DNA of 64,000 bases, taken from Antechinus flavipes (Eukaryota). Both the position numbers and the translations under genes were made by a program. The notes under the pieces are model-generated. The model saw only the letters and a program-made list of their open reading frames with translations. It made no database searches and was not told the DNA's origin. The DNA lies in assembly GCF_016432865.1 (NCBI RefSeq), contig NC_067401.1:296980001-297044000 (forward strand), in the 5' to 3' direction. Below are positions 24,116 to 37,845 of the stretch, piece after piece; position 1 is the stretch's first letter; each line of letters starts with the position of its first letter.

Positions 24116-27100
24116 CCCTAGAGGAAAAGTAACTTCACCTGATAATAACTCTTATTTTCAGAAGACTTCAAGATTTTCAAGACACTTTCCTCAACAGCCT
24201 GAGAATTATATAGCATAAGGATTCTTATCTCTGCTTTACCAGTTACAAAACTGTCTCATAGAGATTGTGACTTGCCCACTATCACACAGCTAGTGAATGT
24301 TGGAGCTCAGATTGAAATCCAGGATATCTGACTCTAAATCCAGTACTCTTTCCAGCTACCATACTGGCTACTGGGAATTCCTGGCATTGGTGTTTTCTTA
24401 CCTACTGACTGGACTGAGAAAGAGGCGATGAAAAGGGGAGAGACAGTTCTCCGCCACCAAGTAATCCCTTTGCTGCTTGCCCTCTGGCTGAGAACTTTTG
24501 TCACCCATCTACAGGGAACTTTATCTGTCCTATCTTTTCCTTTGGTCTAAGAGGAGTTACCATCTCCTCTCGTTTTCCCTTTGAAGTTCTATTTCCATGC
24601 ATGGCAAGTCCTAGCAGGGGCTTAAGATTTGTTCAGGTCCGGAATGGGGGAGGGTAGAGGTGGTGGGTGTTTTGGAGTCAGGGATCGCTGACAGGCAGTC
24701 TCACTTGCCAGTCTTCTGGAGTTAGTAGTAAAGTTTCTAGTCCCTTTTACACTTAGGTGAAGTTGGGCTTCGAGCACCAGGAAATATAATCTGCAATCCT
24801 GTTCGGAGTCACAGACACGTGTGTGTCCTCGAATATTCGTGAAAACATAATGAGGTTCCAAATATTATTGAAATTGAAATATTAAGGAAGACAGAAATAA
24901 TTATTGGATAAGCCTTATTATATAGAAGTACCAACCATATAAAAGGTATCTAAAATGCATTAAATGGTTCTATGGAGGTACACAATGAAGTACAAATTAT
25001 ATTAGAGAAGAAAATCTGAAAGACATTAAGGGGAAAAACCGTTTGAAAGAAAAATTTATCCGATTAAATCAAAACCCTAAAAAGTTCCATCACACCTATT
25101 CTCTAAATTATCTAAAATTTTTACCAGAGAGTATTTTTTTCTCTTTTAGTGAATATCCTTTGTATGTTTTCAGCATTATATTTTCCCTTATTAGATGTTC
25201 AAGATTTAATTTACAAATGTAACCACTAATAAAAGCATAGACTTCCTGCTGACATGTTAGTTTTTCAGTTGCAGTTTAAATAACCTGAAACTTTGGCATT
25301 TAAACAATTTAATTAGACCCTACTTGAAACAATAATCGACATTTATATATTGAATTAAAGTTTCACATCCATTACTCATTTTAGCCTCACAGGCTGAGAC
25401 AGGTACTACAGATATTGTTATGTCCATATCATAGATAGAAAAAACAAGCCTTATCTAATACAATTATTAAGTTTCAGGGCAGAAATTTGAACTCAGTGCT
25501 TCCTGAATCCATTTCTAGAACTCTTCCATTCTTTCCTGAATATCCTGATTATTCTCGGCTCCAAACTAGATTCTAATCCAGTGTGGTATCTGTACACATA
25601 TGCATGTGTATAAACACATGTATATTATTTTATAATTATGAAGCAAGACAGAAATGACAGCTATACTTGTGTCCTTCCTCCCCCCCAAGATAGACCTAGA
25701 CACAAATGATTATTCTCATTCAGCAGACCAACTGTACTGCCCTTTCCTGTATTTAACTACACCCCCAGAGGGTTGAATCAGGAAAGGGACACTTGATAGC
25801 TGCTGTTTCCGTGGTTGAAATATTTGTGAAGTTAACGCATAATCTGAAAGGAGAAGCTAATAAATTATAGAGTGCTAATTGGGGCTGGAGTGAAGCTGTC
25901 AATCATTTTATCCTAAACACACAGAGACCCTCATAACCTAAAAAGGAAAGACAGACTCTAAGAACAGCTTCCAGTTGTCTCTAGCCATGACCTCCACTTT
26001 AGAAAGAACATCAACAATCCAAGGAAAGAGAGGCTATGGAAAGAATTGGCAAAGGTTAATTTGACCAAGGGAAACAAACTTGAGCAAAATAGGCATTTGG
26101 GTAGCAGGGCTGGTGGAAGACAAAAATATTTTGCTAAGCAGAGGTCAATACTTAACCTTTGAAGAAGCATGTATTTAACTTTTTTTTTTTTTATTAAATT
26201 AGCATTCTTTTGGCACTTTCTCTGGTCTTACTATTTGAAACTTCTAATTTCAAGAACATTGATATATTAATTCATTCAGGAAAAAAAAAGGAATCCAGGT
26301 TTTAATATTAAATGTTATTCCACCTACAAATTCAACATCTCTTAAAATAATAAGCTCTATAGGATGACAAGCCTGTGAAAATCAAATTTCCTGAAGGGGT
26401 TGGGGGGGAGAGGGGAAAATGAAGTGAAGAACTGACCTGTTTCAAGAATTGATCTGAAAAATATGCCCTGAAATATCAGCAGATCTAAATAACATTTCTA
26501 TTTCTAAGCTCTCCCATTCTTCCCCACCCCCCTGCAAGATAATGTGGTATACATTACTTCATGAGCAACTGAAAGGATTTTTATTTCTCCTTAAATACCA
26601 TTACCATTATTTCCATTTGACAGCAAGATATAAATATTAATTGATACATAAGTGGAATGAAAGAAAAATATATGTTCATAATGTTTTATGGGGGGTATTT
26701 TGTTTTTAGCTTTTCAAAGAAACTGCATATTAGAAAGTTTTAGAATTCAGTTTAGAATTTAGAATCAATCTTTTCATGATAATAAAACTAGCAATTATGG
26801 TTCCAATTAAAATTTTATCATTTTTATGGAACTTATATTTCATCTGAATATATTTACAAAGACAATACATTATCAGAGCAATTTAATTTACTATTTGTTA
26901 TAGAATTCTTTGGAAAAATTCTTCTTTCTTTTACCTGCTTACTACTTGTATGATCTTCATTTTGCCCATCTCTCTTTTCTGCTTGAAAAAAATGGTGAAA
27001 GAGAGGGAGAGGGATTGGACTAGATGGTTTCTGAATTATCACTCTAAATTCATGATCTTAAATTTTTTAAATGGTGGAAAATAAAAGCTCCAGAATCTCA

Positions 27101-28013
27101 AGAACCTAAATCTAGATAAATGTTAACATTTGCTAAAAACAGGAACTATAATTAAGACCTGGTCATGTCTTCCCTCACATTCTTTCTCCTAATTGACATA
27201 TTTCTGCCACCTTTACCTTCAATGGCAATACACCCCCTGCCTTTGGTGTAATTAAAAGATGACAAATAAATTTATCAAACACTTTAAAAAACACCTATAC
27301 CTACTAAGTTCAAAGGTTATTTTTGAAAAGAAAATTTTTCAATGATACTTTAAAATTGTTGTTTTAAGCTAGAAGTAAAAAAAGAAAGTGGAGAAATGTT
27401 TGTCCTACCAATTCTGATAGGGGTGAAAGTTGGACAATAATTAATGTTATGCTTTTATTCAGATATTATGCAATTTCATATTTTGAATTTGCAAATTCAT
27501 GTACTAATGAATAATGGCAGTAATAATTATGAATTATTATACTAATGAATAATAATGATGGTTTTAATCACCACCTATTTTTGAACCAAAGGATTCCTAG
27601 CTATTTAATGGAGTCAAGGAACAATGTCAACAAGAAGTGAGAGATGTCATTAAGAATAGAACTGAAGATACAGAAAAATCTACCTGGCAAATAAACTTCC
27701 ACCCTTTTTCATATTCATTGTAAAACTATTAAAAGTTGAAGATAAAATAAAATAGTATTTGTACAGCACTTTGCAAACCTTAAAGTGATATATAAATGCT
27801 AAATCTTTTTTCTATTATTTTTTTTTTGCCATCATTTAACTTTTTATTTAAAACAAAAAGTTTCAGGATAATTTTATTTAGAACTATAGATTAAACTCAG
27901 GATTACAATAAATTAAGAAAATATAAAATAATAATCCAGAATAGAAAAAGCACACTTGTTAATGCCTAAATTATTACATTTCTTTGAATCTTATTTCAAG
28001 TATACATAAAAAG

Positions 28014-28145
28014 GAGGGCATCTAGGTGGCACAATAGATAGAACACTGACTCTAAAGTCAGGAAGACCTGAATGCAAATCTGGTCTGAGATATTATTAGC
28101 TGTATTACCCTGGGCAAGTCATTTAACCCCAATTGCCTACTCCCC
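28014..28145 (+). mobile_element. WSINE1-like SINE
   Basis: GGGCATCTAGGTGGCACAATAGATAG...CCCTGGGCAAGTCATTTAACCCCAATTGCCT. Confidence 0.75.
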
Positions 28146-28639
28146 ACAATATATATATATATGTTTGTATGTATGTATACTTATAATGCATAAAGTTTAG
28201 ATTTCCATTTTGCTTTAAAGTTAACATAAATATAGTACATTTATTTTATACTATTATTTTAAAATAGTTTATTTTTATATAAAAAGCCTTATCAAGTGGC
28301 CGAATATTGTTTTATCATGTTTTTAAGCTATATATCAAATTATCACCTTTTAGTTACCTGACAACTGCTACACAAATTTCAGAATCAAATTAACCTCTAA
28401 AGGGCACACATCTTTGAAAATTCTATTTTGTTAAATGTTATATTTCTATCTGTTTCTCTGTTCCTTAAGTATTTGTTGAATGAATGAGTGGTGAGTATGA
28501 TCTGGCTCTCTTCCCCAAAGTCAGATCCACTCTGTCTGTTCTGGGGGATTTTAAAAGGTTTGGAATATCTATTCTATTGGCATTGACTTAACATTCCTCC
28601 CCATTTCCATGATTTCATTCCCCTACTTACATTATAAGA

Positions 28640-29228
28640 TGTAATAGTCTCTTTAAAATGTAATGTTCTCTTTTGAGGTTTAATCACCACACAAGTAATC
28701 ACAGGTTAAAGTCCAAATCCTTTATTGTCTCCTTCAAAGTCTTGGCTCCTTCACTTGGGGATCAGCTAGTTTTTCTGGAGGCCTTTCTCTCTCCTTGGTT
28801 CCAAGAGCTTGAGCTCCCACCTGCCTTCTCTGGCTTCTGAATCTTCCTGACTCCAAAAGTTTGTGCTTCAGCCTCCAGCCACCACAAAGATGGACCATGG
28901 AATGAATCTATCTCCACTTCTAGTGCACTTGTCCTCTCTGGCTCTGAGAGCTTCTAACTTATATGCCCCACACTGAGTATACACCAATCATTATATCACT
29001 ATGAAACTATTGTTGTAGGATTAAATCAATGCTAAACTAGATTTAACCATTGTCTCCTCAATTCCACTTAATACCTTGTTTCAAATTCTGGCCCATAACA
29101 TCTCCTTGTAGGATTAAATCAATTATACTGAACCATGCTAAATTAGATAACTATTGTCTTTATCAATTCCAATAACAACCCCTTGTAAGAATCCTTTGTT
29201 TCAACTTCAAGAGTTCTGGCCCATAACA
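28640..29228 (-). mobile_element. Solo ERV LTR with internal tandem duplication
   Basis: TGTAAT...ATAACA termini, with TATA-like and AATAAA motifs on the minus strand. Duplicated block TTGTAGGATTAAATCAAT...TTCTGGCCCATAACA at 29013-29100 and 29106-29228. No clean TSD. Confidence 0.75.
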
Positions 29229-31623
29229 ATTAGGTGTCAGGGACTAGATCCCAGTTTCATTCAATGACTTAACAGGAAATAGCTTAGACAAAGGGATATT
29301 TACTTCAAAGACATAACAAGAATAAAAGTATCTATATTTCCTTCCAATACTTCCTGGCCACACTCTTATTCCATAGCTCAATTCTTAGAACAACATTTGT
29401 TCCACTAATAAATTATTATTTCTTATACCTGGTCAGATGTTCCTTTGGGGCATCAATGCTGAATTAGCTGGATGTTGGGACTCTAGAAAAGTGCTCTCCA
29501 TTTTTTGAGCTAAAATGGAAAAGAGTAATTGTTTAGGTGGGCAAAGAACTCAGATTTGTATTTAAAGAAAAGCATATAGTGGTTAGGGGGAAGAGCCTAA
29601 GTCTTCTCCCATTACAGTACGGTTTCTGACTGGATTCCACCAGCAAATGAATTAACCCAAACATAGATAATAATGCAAAGAGATTAGTCCAAAGCAGAAT
29701 TAAGATCCTTTTGAAGATCTTCCTATTTTTAGATACTGAGCTGATCAGAAAGTTTTTTTCTAATCAAGTGGGGTCAGCAGACAGGAACCAGTCACAAGAT
29801 ATATGTGCATACTCTACAATCTCTCCAAGATGTTTTCATTTCATCCACACAACTCTCCAGGAAAAAAGCCTCTTTCTGACCTCTCCACTTGGGGAATTTG
29901 CATTCGCTGAGATACTGATGCACTCTATGCATGTGCTCCAATCAATCGCACTTGAATATATTAATGAATGAATGAATGCATTATATGCACTTGAACATTT
30001 CAGCCTTATTCCATTAGGCAGCACTTTGTCTTGGTGCAGGTTTTCAAACAAAATAGAAATTCATTTGCTGACTTACATCTCCCAGATTTGAAGTCCTTAG
30101 ATCTCATTAACTTTGAAGTTAAAACATCTCTAAGAACCCACAAAGCTCAACTGGAATTGACATCCTCTAAACATTTATCATGGTAGTTTAAGATATATTG
30201 GTTCCAATGTTTCATCCCTAAAAGATGTATAACTAATTTTAAATTAATAGAAGACTTATTTATCTTTAAGAAGACACAATGCTAGGTTTCAATGATGTAT
30301 CTGCAACTCTTCTCTAAAAAAGTCTACAATATACATGAGAAAAACATTTTTGTCATTGTTGTTGTTTTTTTAATTTAAGGTAAGTCCACATCATTGTCTT
30401 TATACAAAAGCTGTATTTGAGTTATCTGACTATGGAAGTTATTGAATAATTGATATATTCTTCATCATTTATGGAAAATGACATTAATAATGTTAAATTT
30501 CTATTCTTATGTTATAAGAATCTACATAAGTAGCCCTTTACAAACTCAGATTGCAACCCTTTTATGCCTCCATAGATCATCTCCTTAAGATGTTGTGGCT
30601 ATTTTTTTCATTAAAAATTTATTGATTTCATGAAAAAAAAATCAATCAATAAAAAGGAGGGAATAATCATGTTTTTACCTGATATGGCCTGGAAAATAGT
30701 CACATCCACAGATAATAACTGGGGTTTGCAAACTTTTTCACAGAGAGAATTTGGTATTGCTATATATGACCTTCAAAGAAAGAAAAGTGAACTGGTATTC
30801 TCTAATTTCTTCTGCCCTATTGCTGTGGCCTCTTGAAACTTCTAAAAGCCCTGTATATGCTGGAATAGGTGCTTAGTAAATGCTTGTTGATTGCCTGAGA
30901 TGAAAGAACAGCCTGATCCTGGTTTTACTCAGCCTTACTGGACTAACTTCAGCCAACTGGGAATAGATGGATGTCATCACCGAGTCAAATGCATACTGGC
31001 ATCATCTAACCCCTATATTTCCAGAGGTCAGTCTACTTCTGATCCATCTTTGAGGGACAATGATGAAAACAGCTAGGTGGCTCAATGGATCCAGCGCTGT
31101 ACTTCAAGTCAGGAAGATCAGAGTTTGAATCCTCCCACAAACATATTGTGTGACCCCAGGCAAATTTCTCAACCTCTCTCAACCTCAGTTTCCTCAATTG
31201 TATAATAGGGCTAGTATAATATCTACCTCACAAAGTTGTATGGCTTAAATTGGCATATAGATAGTGCTTTGCATTTTGTTATATATTTATACATGCATAT
31301 AGAGAGACAGAGACAGAGAGATCTGCAAAACTTAAAGCATTAAAAAAATGAGAGCTATCTGAAGAGAACTAAAGGATTTGTGTTCACTGCAGAGCAGATT
31401 AAAGTCAAGAGTTCCAACCCATTCTAGAAGCTAAAATCAACCCAATCATTTGAGGAAATGAGCAGACACCACAGGCCAATCCAGAATACAAGTGTAGAAC
31501 AAATTTCTAGAGGACCAGAGAGGGGTTGTCTATGCTGTTTCCATAGATTGAATCTAGAATCAAAATCTTCCTGAAACCATAATATGAGTAAGATAAAATC
31601 AATCAATTGGCAAAGGTTTATTG

Positions 31624-31625
<2 letters not shown>

Positions 31626-31656
<31 letters not shown>
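31626..31656. repeat. Poly-T tract
   Basis: 31 consecutive T. Confidence 0.95.
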
Positions 31657-31659
<3 letters not shown>

Positions 31660-31837
31660 AATGCTAGGAAACATGAAGAATGAAAAGAAGGATAAACAGG
31701 GTCTCTTTCCTCATTCTTCCTTCCCATTCTGCTCCTTTCTCTAGTCAGAAGTATATATTCTAATTATGAAAGATCAGATATTTTCCCTGACAAGATGATT
31801 CAAGGTAACATGTAAGTACCATATTAATGGCATAAAT

Positions 31838-32058
31838 CAGAGGCATAAAGTGTGTCCCATGGTCCATATATGGCTCACAATACTCCTAAATGCAACCTGA
31901 CCAAGGTTAAATAGCAATTGGGAAATACTTAACAAAACAAATGAAATACAATAAAACAGAAAATATTAATATGTGGTTTTCTAAGTCAATATGAGGCTCC
32001 TAGAGATCCTTATGTATGGTGTAGTGGCCCCTATTTTTATTGGAATTTGATACCACTG
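31838..32058 (+). mobile_element. ~220-bp hAT-type MITE, copy 1
   Basis: CAGAGG...ATATGTGGTTTTCTAAGTCAATATG...TAGTGGCCCC...TTTGATACCACTG. Homologous to 36445-36651 and 37846-38035. Confidence 0.7.
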
Positions 32059-33035
32059 GTATAGAAGATGGGATCCTAGATTCAGTGCTGAAAAAGAGAT
32101 TATCTAATCCAATCCTTTCATTTTGTAGATAGGGAAAGTGGGGCTCCTAGAGGCTAAGGAATTTATCCAAATTCACATCAGAGCCAGAATTTGAAACAAA
32201 ATCCTATTCCAAATCTAATGTTCCTGCATTGTGCCATACTATCTCCCATATTAATAGTGCTATAAGAGTTAATAATGTTAGTAATAGTACAAAGTAAAGA
32301 GAGATCATGTTAAGCTAAAGTGGACAGGGGAGAAAGAAAGGAAAGGTTCTGAGTTTGGTCTGGAGAAATGCATAGGATAGAATAAAGAAAGGGAGTGTGT
32401 GGAGGAGCACTTCAGGCCAAGGAATGCCTATAGAAAATCCATTGTGCATCTGGGCATAGAAACAGCTAGATGGAGCAGTAAATAGAGCACCAGGCTCAGT
32501 CAGGCCTGACTTCAATCTGGTCTGCGACATTTACTTACTCTAGGAAAATCACTTAATCTCTATTTACTTCAATTTCTTTAACTGTAAAATGGGGATAGCA
32601 CCTTCTTTGCAGAGTTGTTATGAGAATTACATGAAATAATCTTTGTAAAGTATTTGTCTAACACATATACACATACATATATATTTTTTTGGCAAAAGAA
32701 CTAACAATCTTAATAAATTATTTTATCTCCACCTTCTACCCCCATTCCTGGCTTAAAATTTTTTAGAGTAAATTCTAAATGATCAGAGAACACAGAATTG
32801 AGATTTGCATAAATCTTGGAAGAGTATATGGGTAGGTAGGTGGTATTGTGGATAGCGTACCAGACCTGAAATTAGAAACACTGGCCTTAGACATTTACTA
32901 GTTGTGTGACACTGGGCTGACTGAAGAACAAAATAAAAGATTGTCTAAGTTTACGCCAATCATTTTTAAGGATGGCAAAATTAAGATTTTTTCTAAGATT
33001 ACACAGATTTTACATAGCAGCAAAAAGATTTAGGA

Positions 33036-33258
33036 TTGTGTTCAGTCATTTTTCAGTTGTGTCTGACTTTTCAGGACCCAATTTGGGTTTTTTTTGATAA
33101 AGATAATGGAGGAATTTGCCATTTCCTTCTCTAGCTCATTTTACAGATAAGAAAACTGAGGGAAAAAAGGTTAAATAATTTGACAAGGGCCATATAACTA
33201 GTAAGTGTCTGACACTGGCTTTGAACTCATTCAAGCCTGATATCATGTACCACCTGCA
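33036..33258 (-). mobile_element. Mar1 SINE
   Basis: TTCAGTCATTTTTCAG...TTTGCCATTTCCTTCTCTAGCTCATTTTACAGAT. Confidence 0.85.
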
Positions 33259-34254
33259 CATTAAGGATCATGGGATCATATATTTAGTTTTGGAAAGAGA
33301 ATTTGGAGGTCATCTGAGCCACCTCCCTCTCATTTTACAAGTAAGGAAACTGAGGCCCAAAGATAATAAAAGACTTGTCCAAAGTTGACCATACAAAATA
33401 GCAGAGCCAAGATTTTTTAATTCTACTCCACCACAATCCCATAACTTGAATCAGCTGAATTTATAGCAAAAGATTTCCAATACAATAACTTATTTGGCCT
33501 CAAGTATAAATATAAGTATTTTATTTATAAAAGCAAATGCAAAAACTGCAGATTTCTTTATGTTTCTATGTAACTTCCAAAATACTAAAAGGCAGGGAGC
33601 AGTATTTTTGCAAAACAATAAAGACCATTCTGTAAGCTTTCAGCCTGATCAGGATAGAGAAGATGTTATAGAGGCAAATAAGATAACAGTCTTAAATAAC
33701 ACATTTTCAAATGAACATTCTGCTTTTGATAGTCCTTTCTTTTAGGAGGAATGGAGCTTCATGGGCCTCCTATTCTACTTCCTTTGGAATCCTCCTCTGT
33801 GCAGACATTTACTTTTTTAAAGATATCATTCCCTTGAATAATCATTATTTGGGAATCTCCTCCTTTCATGATTCCTTAACTTATCTAGTACTTTGCCCAG
33901 GAGGTTATTTTGATGTAGCTCTGCATAAAAGTTAAGGAATAGGCCTAAGATTAGGTGACTTCTGAAAATCCCTTCCAATCTTGTGATTTTTTTTTTTTAA
34001 CTTCCAACTGCTTTCCAATTGCTTAGTAATTCACCCTGCAGTGAGGGTTAAGCAGTTGGGATGGTACATGGCATTCCTGAAACCTCAGCAAGAATGAACA
34101 TCAGAGCCAAGATAAGGATTCGGGAACTTTCTACTTTTAGTCCCGAGTTCTAAATCATGACTCCTCCCTGTCTGCTAGAATTGTAGCTTTCATTAAGTCT
34201 CAGATTAATGGGACTCAGTATCTTGAAACCCACATTTCCCAAATGTAGCTGATA

Positions 34255-34566
34255 TTAATTGGGCCCATCTTCATAATCACTGTGAGTGAGATGAACATAG
34301 TTCATGTTCTCAGGCTTGCCAAGAAGAAGGCAGTAAGCCGCTTGTTTATCTTGGCAGATTTCTTTGTGTATGATTCCTTCTCTTCTTTCCTAAGGTCAAA
34401 GTATCTTATTTCTACTGAGTTAAGAGGACTTTTTGAATTTGGTTGATCTTTGGTGCATTCTTTAGCTATAATACCTTGTAATTTAGGCCCTTCTTGTCCT
34501 TGATTTCCGTGAAAGCTATTGAAGGCCCATCAGCTGAATTGACATAAATAACATCATTATCTTAAC
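34255..34566 (-). pseudogene. ROS1: ROS1 pseudo-exon 43 (terminal coding exon)
   Basis: TTTCAAAAG| then G*DNDVIYVNSADGPSIAFTEIKDKKGLNYKVL(+2)AKEC...LRKEEKE(-4)KEICQDKQAAYCLLLGKPENMNYVHLTHSDYEDGPN*, versus human GEDGDVICLNSDD...GLNYMVLATEC...LRKEEKE...GKPEGLNYACLTHSGYGDGSD*. Native TAA at 34255-34257. Confidence 0.93.
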
Positions 34567-34639
34567 CTTTTGAAATTAAAAAAAAAAAATCTACTATTAA
34601 TTTAACATAGGAGAGAGAGGAAGCATTACTCATTGGCTA

Positions 34640-35028
34640 CAAGATGCAAAGGCCAAGTTAGTACTTGAAACAGTTGTATATTACTAAATGTGTAGTACCT
34701 ATATGGTATGGTTTAAAGAACACTAAGAATGATCACAAGAATGATCTTAGAAAAACACGGAAAGATTTATATGATATAATGAAGAGCAAAATGAGAAAAA
34801 CCAAGAGAATGCTGTATACAATAACAGAAATATATTTTTTAAGAATGACATTGAGCAATTAAGTCATTTTGACCATTATAAATATCCAAATTAACTATAA
34901 AGGACATATGAAGAAGGACTCTATCTGCATCCAGAGGAAGAAAAAACCTGATAAAAAGGAGTTTGAATAGAATAATCATTTATATAATACATATATATGC
35001 ATATTATATATATATATACACACACACA

Positions 35029-35074
<46 letters not shown>

Positions 35075-35395
35075 TAATGGTAGCCATCTTTAGTATAGGG
35101 GAGAGAAGGAAAAAAGAAAAAATGAAATTTACATGATAACTTTATTATATATTTAAAATAAAAAGCAAGTTTTATATAACAGACTTGCAGTTTCATGAGC
35201 AATCATATTTTTGTCATATTATGTTATAGTCACAACTTTGAGTGGCTATATGATAACTTCATTATATATTTAAAAAGAATAGCAAGTTGTACAAAACAGA
35301 TTTGTAATTTCATGCTTAATAATTTTTTATTCTACTGTGTTATGGAAGTGCTTGTTTTATTTCATAAATTAAAAATAATAAAATTTAAAAATAAA
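34640..35395 (+). mobile_element. L1 3' end fragment with embedded microsatellite
   Basis: Marsupial L1 ORF2-end/3'UTR motifs (AGAAAAACACGGAAAGATTTATATG...AAATGAGAAAAACCAAGAGAA), ending AATAAAG. Internal ~70-nt direct repeat at about 35126 and 35247. Confidence 0.75.
35006..35073. repeat. Compound (TA)n(CA)nCG(TG)n microsatellite
   Basis: Uninterrupted alternating purine-pyrimidine run, palindromic around CG at 35031-35032. Confidence 0.97.
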
Positions 35396-35787
35396 GTGTA
35401 CTGAGAAGCCCCCTGCCACCCTGCCACAGTCTTAAACTCCTAGCAAAAGCAAAGAAACATTGCTTTGGATTAAGCCATTGTTCTCCCTAGGAGTTAATTT
35501 TTATAAATGCAAATATGCCCTGGAAGTAGCAACATATATAAAATCATGTTATTCAATTAATTAAAGAGAACTAATCAATCCAATCCTTTCAAAAGACTTA
35601 GTAGGAATAGGACACAAACCAGATAAATTCTGAAGGAACAGGACTGAAGGATTGGATAGGATGCTGTACTGAGGATTTCAGCTAAGTAATTATTGACATT
35701 GTTGCCTACCTAACATTTTTTTTTTCTGGGATTAATTTTAGCTCAGATTCACTGTATAAACTGTAAGACTTAGCACAGTGCTGTGTT

Positions 35788-36038
35788 TGCTGTTGGTGTT
35801 CAGTCATTTCAGTCATGTTCAATTCTCTGTGACTGTATTTGGGATTTTGCAAAGATCCTGAAGTAGTTTGCCATTTCCTTCTCCATCTCATTTAACAGAT
35901 TAGGAAACTGAGGCAAACAGGATCAGGTGATTTATCCAGGGTAACATAGCTAGTAGGTATTTAAGATCTGATCTGAGCTCAGAAAGAATTTTCCTGACTC
36001 CAAGCGTGGCATTCTATCCATTGAACCACCTAGCTTGC
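35788..36038 (-). mobile_element. Mar1 SINE
   Basis: GTTCAGTCATTTCAGTCATG...TTTGCCATTTCCTTCTCC...CCACCTAGC. Confidence 0.88.
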
Positions 36039-36444
36039 TCATAATGCTGTATATCCAGCAGGAAAAATTAGTTGAATTGATATGGATCAGGGATGGCTAA
36101 CTATATTTTTATATTGACATTGATATCTGTTAGAACAAGTGATAGCGTTTTTATTGGACACATACTTCTGGAATTTCAGTGAATCAGAAAAACTATTTGT
36201 TGAATGAATGAGAGGAGATAATAGGGATGATTAACTTGGATCAATGAGTTTCTACACTGTCCTAATTAGACAAAAAAACAAACAAAACAACCATTTAAAA
36301 AAATGATTCTCGCAAAGGTGATAGTCGTTAAAAATCTGTTAATCCTTCTAATAGTGCCATAGATACCTATTTGTTTGTTCCAGAACAAACCACCTAACTA
36401 TTCTGCCTTCATTTTCCTCATCTCTCCAATGAAACAACAAAAGG

Positions 36445-36651
36445 AACTCAAATAGAAACAGGGGCCACTAAATTATACGTAAGGATCTCTAAGGGTCATA
36501 TATTGACTCAAAAAACTACATATTCACTATGTTTTAATCTATTTTTGTTTATTTCATTAAATATTACCCTATTACATTTTAATCTGGTTCAAGCCCTCTC
36601 TGGAGTATAGTGGGCTCCATGTACCCCATGGGCAATTGTTTGACACCACTG
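36445..36651 (-). mobile_element. hAT-type MITE, copy 2
   Basis: Reverse complement of copy 1 (GGGGCCACTAAA...AAGGATCTCT...ATTGACT), ending TTTGACACCACTG. Confidence 0.7.
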
Positions 36652-37009
36652 GATTTAAATGATTTTTAAGGACTCTGAAATGTTATGCTAGATATTACCT
36701 TTTCTTTCTAACTAACTTTCCAGCATTTAGAACCTCCAAAGGATATTTTCTGTTTATTATTCTGGTCTACATTCTGAGTGTAATGTATACTTATTTCCCT
36801 TTTACAATGAAATAAAATGAAACAATTTTGGAACATGAAAATATCATAGAGGAACAAAGAAAGTGATATCTTACCTTAGCAATTTCAATTTTGTTAAGTC
36901 TCCAGGTATGAATAATAAATTCACTGGAATACCAAATACTTATTAGCAGCATTCCACCATATCTTTATTCTTAGTAATAGGTTTCTTTCCTCCCCTCTAA
37001 GATTTAGGA

Positions 37010-37110
37010 TAGTCAGTCAATAAAGATTTAAGTATCTACAATGTGCCAGACACTGCATTAAGCTCTAAGAATATAAAAAGAGGCAAAAGACAGTCCCTGA
37101 ACTCAAGAAG
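37010..37110 (-). mobile_element. L2 3'-end fragment (similar fragments near 4060, 7500, 16290, 59430, 60020)
   Basis: TCAGTCAGTCAATAAAGATTTAAGTATCTACAATGTGCCAGACACTG...AAGACAGTCCCTG. Confidence 0.6.
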
Positions 37111-37111
37111 G

Positions 37112-37267
37112 NNNNNNNNNNNNNNNNNNNNNNNNNNNNNNNNNNNNNNNNNNNNNNNNNNNNNNNNNNNNNNNNNNNNNNNNNNNNNNNNNNNNNNNNN
37201 NNNNNNNNNNNNNNNNNNNNNNNNNNNNNNNNNNNNNNNNNNNNNNNNNNNNNNNNNNNNNNNNNNN
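37112..37267. other. Assembly gap (156 N)
   Basis: N run. Confidence 1.
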
Positions 37268-37845
37268 AAGAACAACAATACAATGATTCCAGGGTCACTA
37301 ATTTTCAAAACTCTACTTTCCAGACAAACCAGACCAGACCACTTGTCTGTGTCTTTCCCAATATCAGTCTGTCTTTCTCCTGCCTCCATGCCTCTTTTTT
37401 AATTTGACTTCCATGTCTAGGATGTCTTCTCTCACATCTCTACCTTTTGGTATCCTTTCCTCCCTGCAAATTTCAATTCAATTAATACCTCCTCAAAGAA
37501 TGCCATTCAGTTTAGATTTCTCATAGCCTTATATTCCAATATGACTTATACTAGTTGTAAATTCACTCAAAATTGCAATGGACTTCTGAGGTTGCTGCTC
37601 CAACCTATTCCTTCACAACAATTTCTGTTATATCATGACCACAAAGTGTTTTTTTTTTAGCCTTCCAGTAACAGGAAACCCAATTTTTATTGGGATAGCC
37701 TAGCTCCTTGGAGCAAGGACTTATTTCCAGTGCTTAGTATTATATACACTACATAGAAGAAGTGTCTGACAATTTTTTAAAATTAATTTCACTTCTATCC
37801 ATTTTATTTCCCCAACCATTATGTTTAAATTTAAATATTACAGAA

